Shown: piece after piece, positions 33,586 through 33,724 of the stretch
Position numbering within the stretch: position 1 is the stretch's first letter
How the letters are laid out: every line of letters starts with the position of its first letter
DNA from: Octopus bimaculoides
Taxonomy: Eukaryota
Direction: 5' to 3'
Assembly: GCF_001194135.2 (NCBI RefSeq)
Contig: NC_068994.1
Span: forward strand, 49,831,827 to 49,865,550
DNA length: 33,724 bases
The notes under the pieces: model-generated
Database searches by the model: none
Seen by the model: only the letters and a program-made list of their open reading frames with translations
Told to the model about the DNA's origin: nothing
Position numbers and translations under genes: made by a program

Positions 33586-33724
33586 TATTGATGTTGTTAT
33601 CGCTGCTCTTTCATTCTCCGTTCCATAAATAGGCGAACCTATTCAAGCCTGATTGGTCGGAAGGTGTCAGAAGTTGGTTAATGACTCGTTTAAAGATACT
33701 ACGTACACGGCACACACACACGGT

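Overview
This is eukaryotic genomic DNA, AT-rich, with 11 N-gaps. It is dominated by microsatellites and tRNA-derived SINE-like repeats. The repeat style suggests an octopus/cephalopod draft assembly (inference; no database check). The only host gene I can support is a Mad/Mxi1 (MXD) family bHLH-Zip repressor on the + strand. Two coding exons are visible: 4042-4132 (EAEHGYA...KRRPKSKKSQGNR) and a 30-nt microexon at 26960-26989 (STHNELEKNR, basic region), separated by a 22.8-kb intron. The SID-coding first exon and the HLH-Zip exons were not found and probably lie outside the window. Nearly all ORFs in the supplied track are microsatellite or N-gap artefacts. Two other protein-like segments are retroelement relics: an RTE-type LINE ORF 3' end and a Penelope-like GIY-YIG C-terminus. 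The most unusual structures are a ~215-bp near-perfect hairpin in the intron, several minimal hammerhead-ribozyme-like motifs (the best at 8404-8440, sense to the pre-mRNA), an internally inverted tRNA-head/hammerhead-tail element, and candidate alternative-splicing signals around the microexon. I found no clear evidence of a new multi-gene system. Family labels A-G are my own working names.
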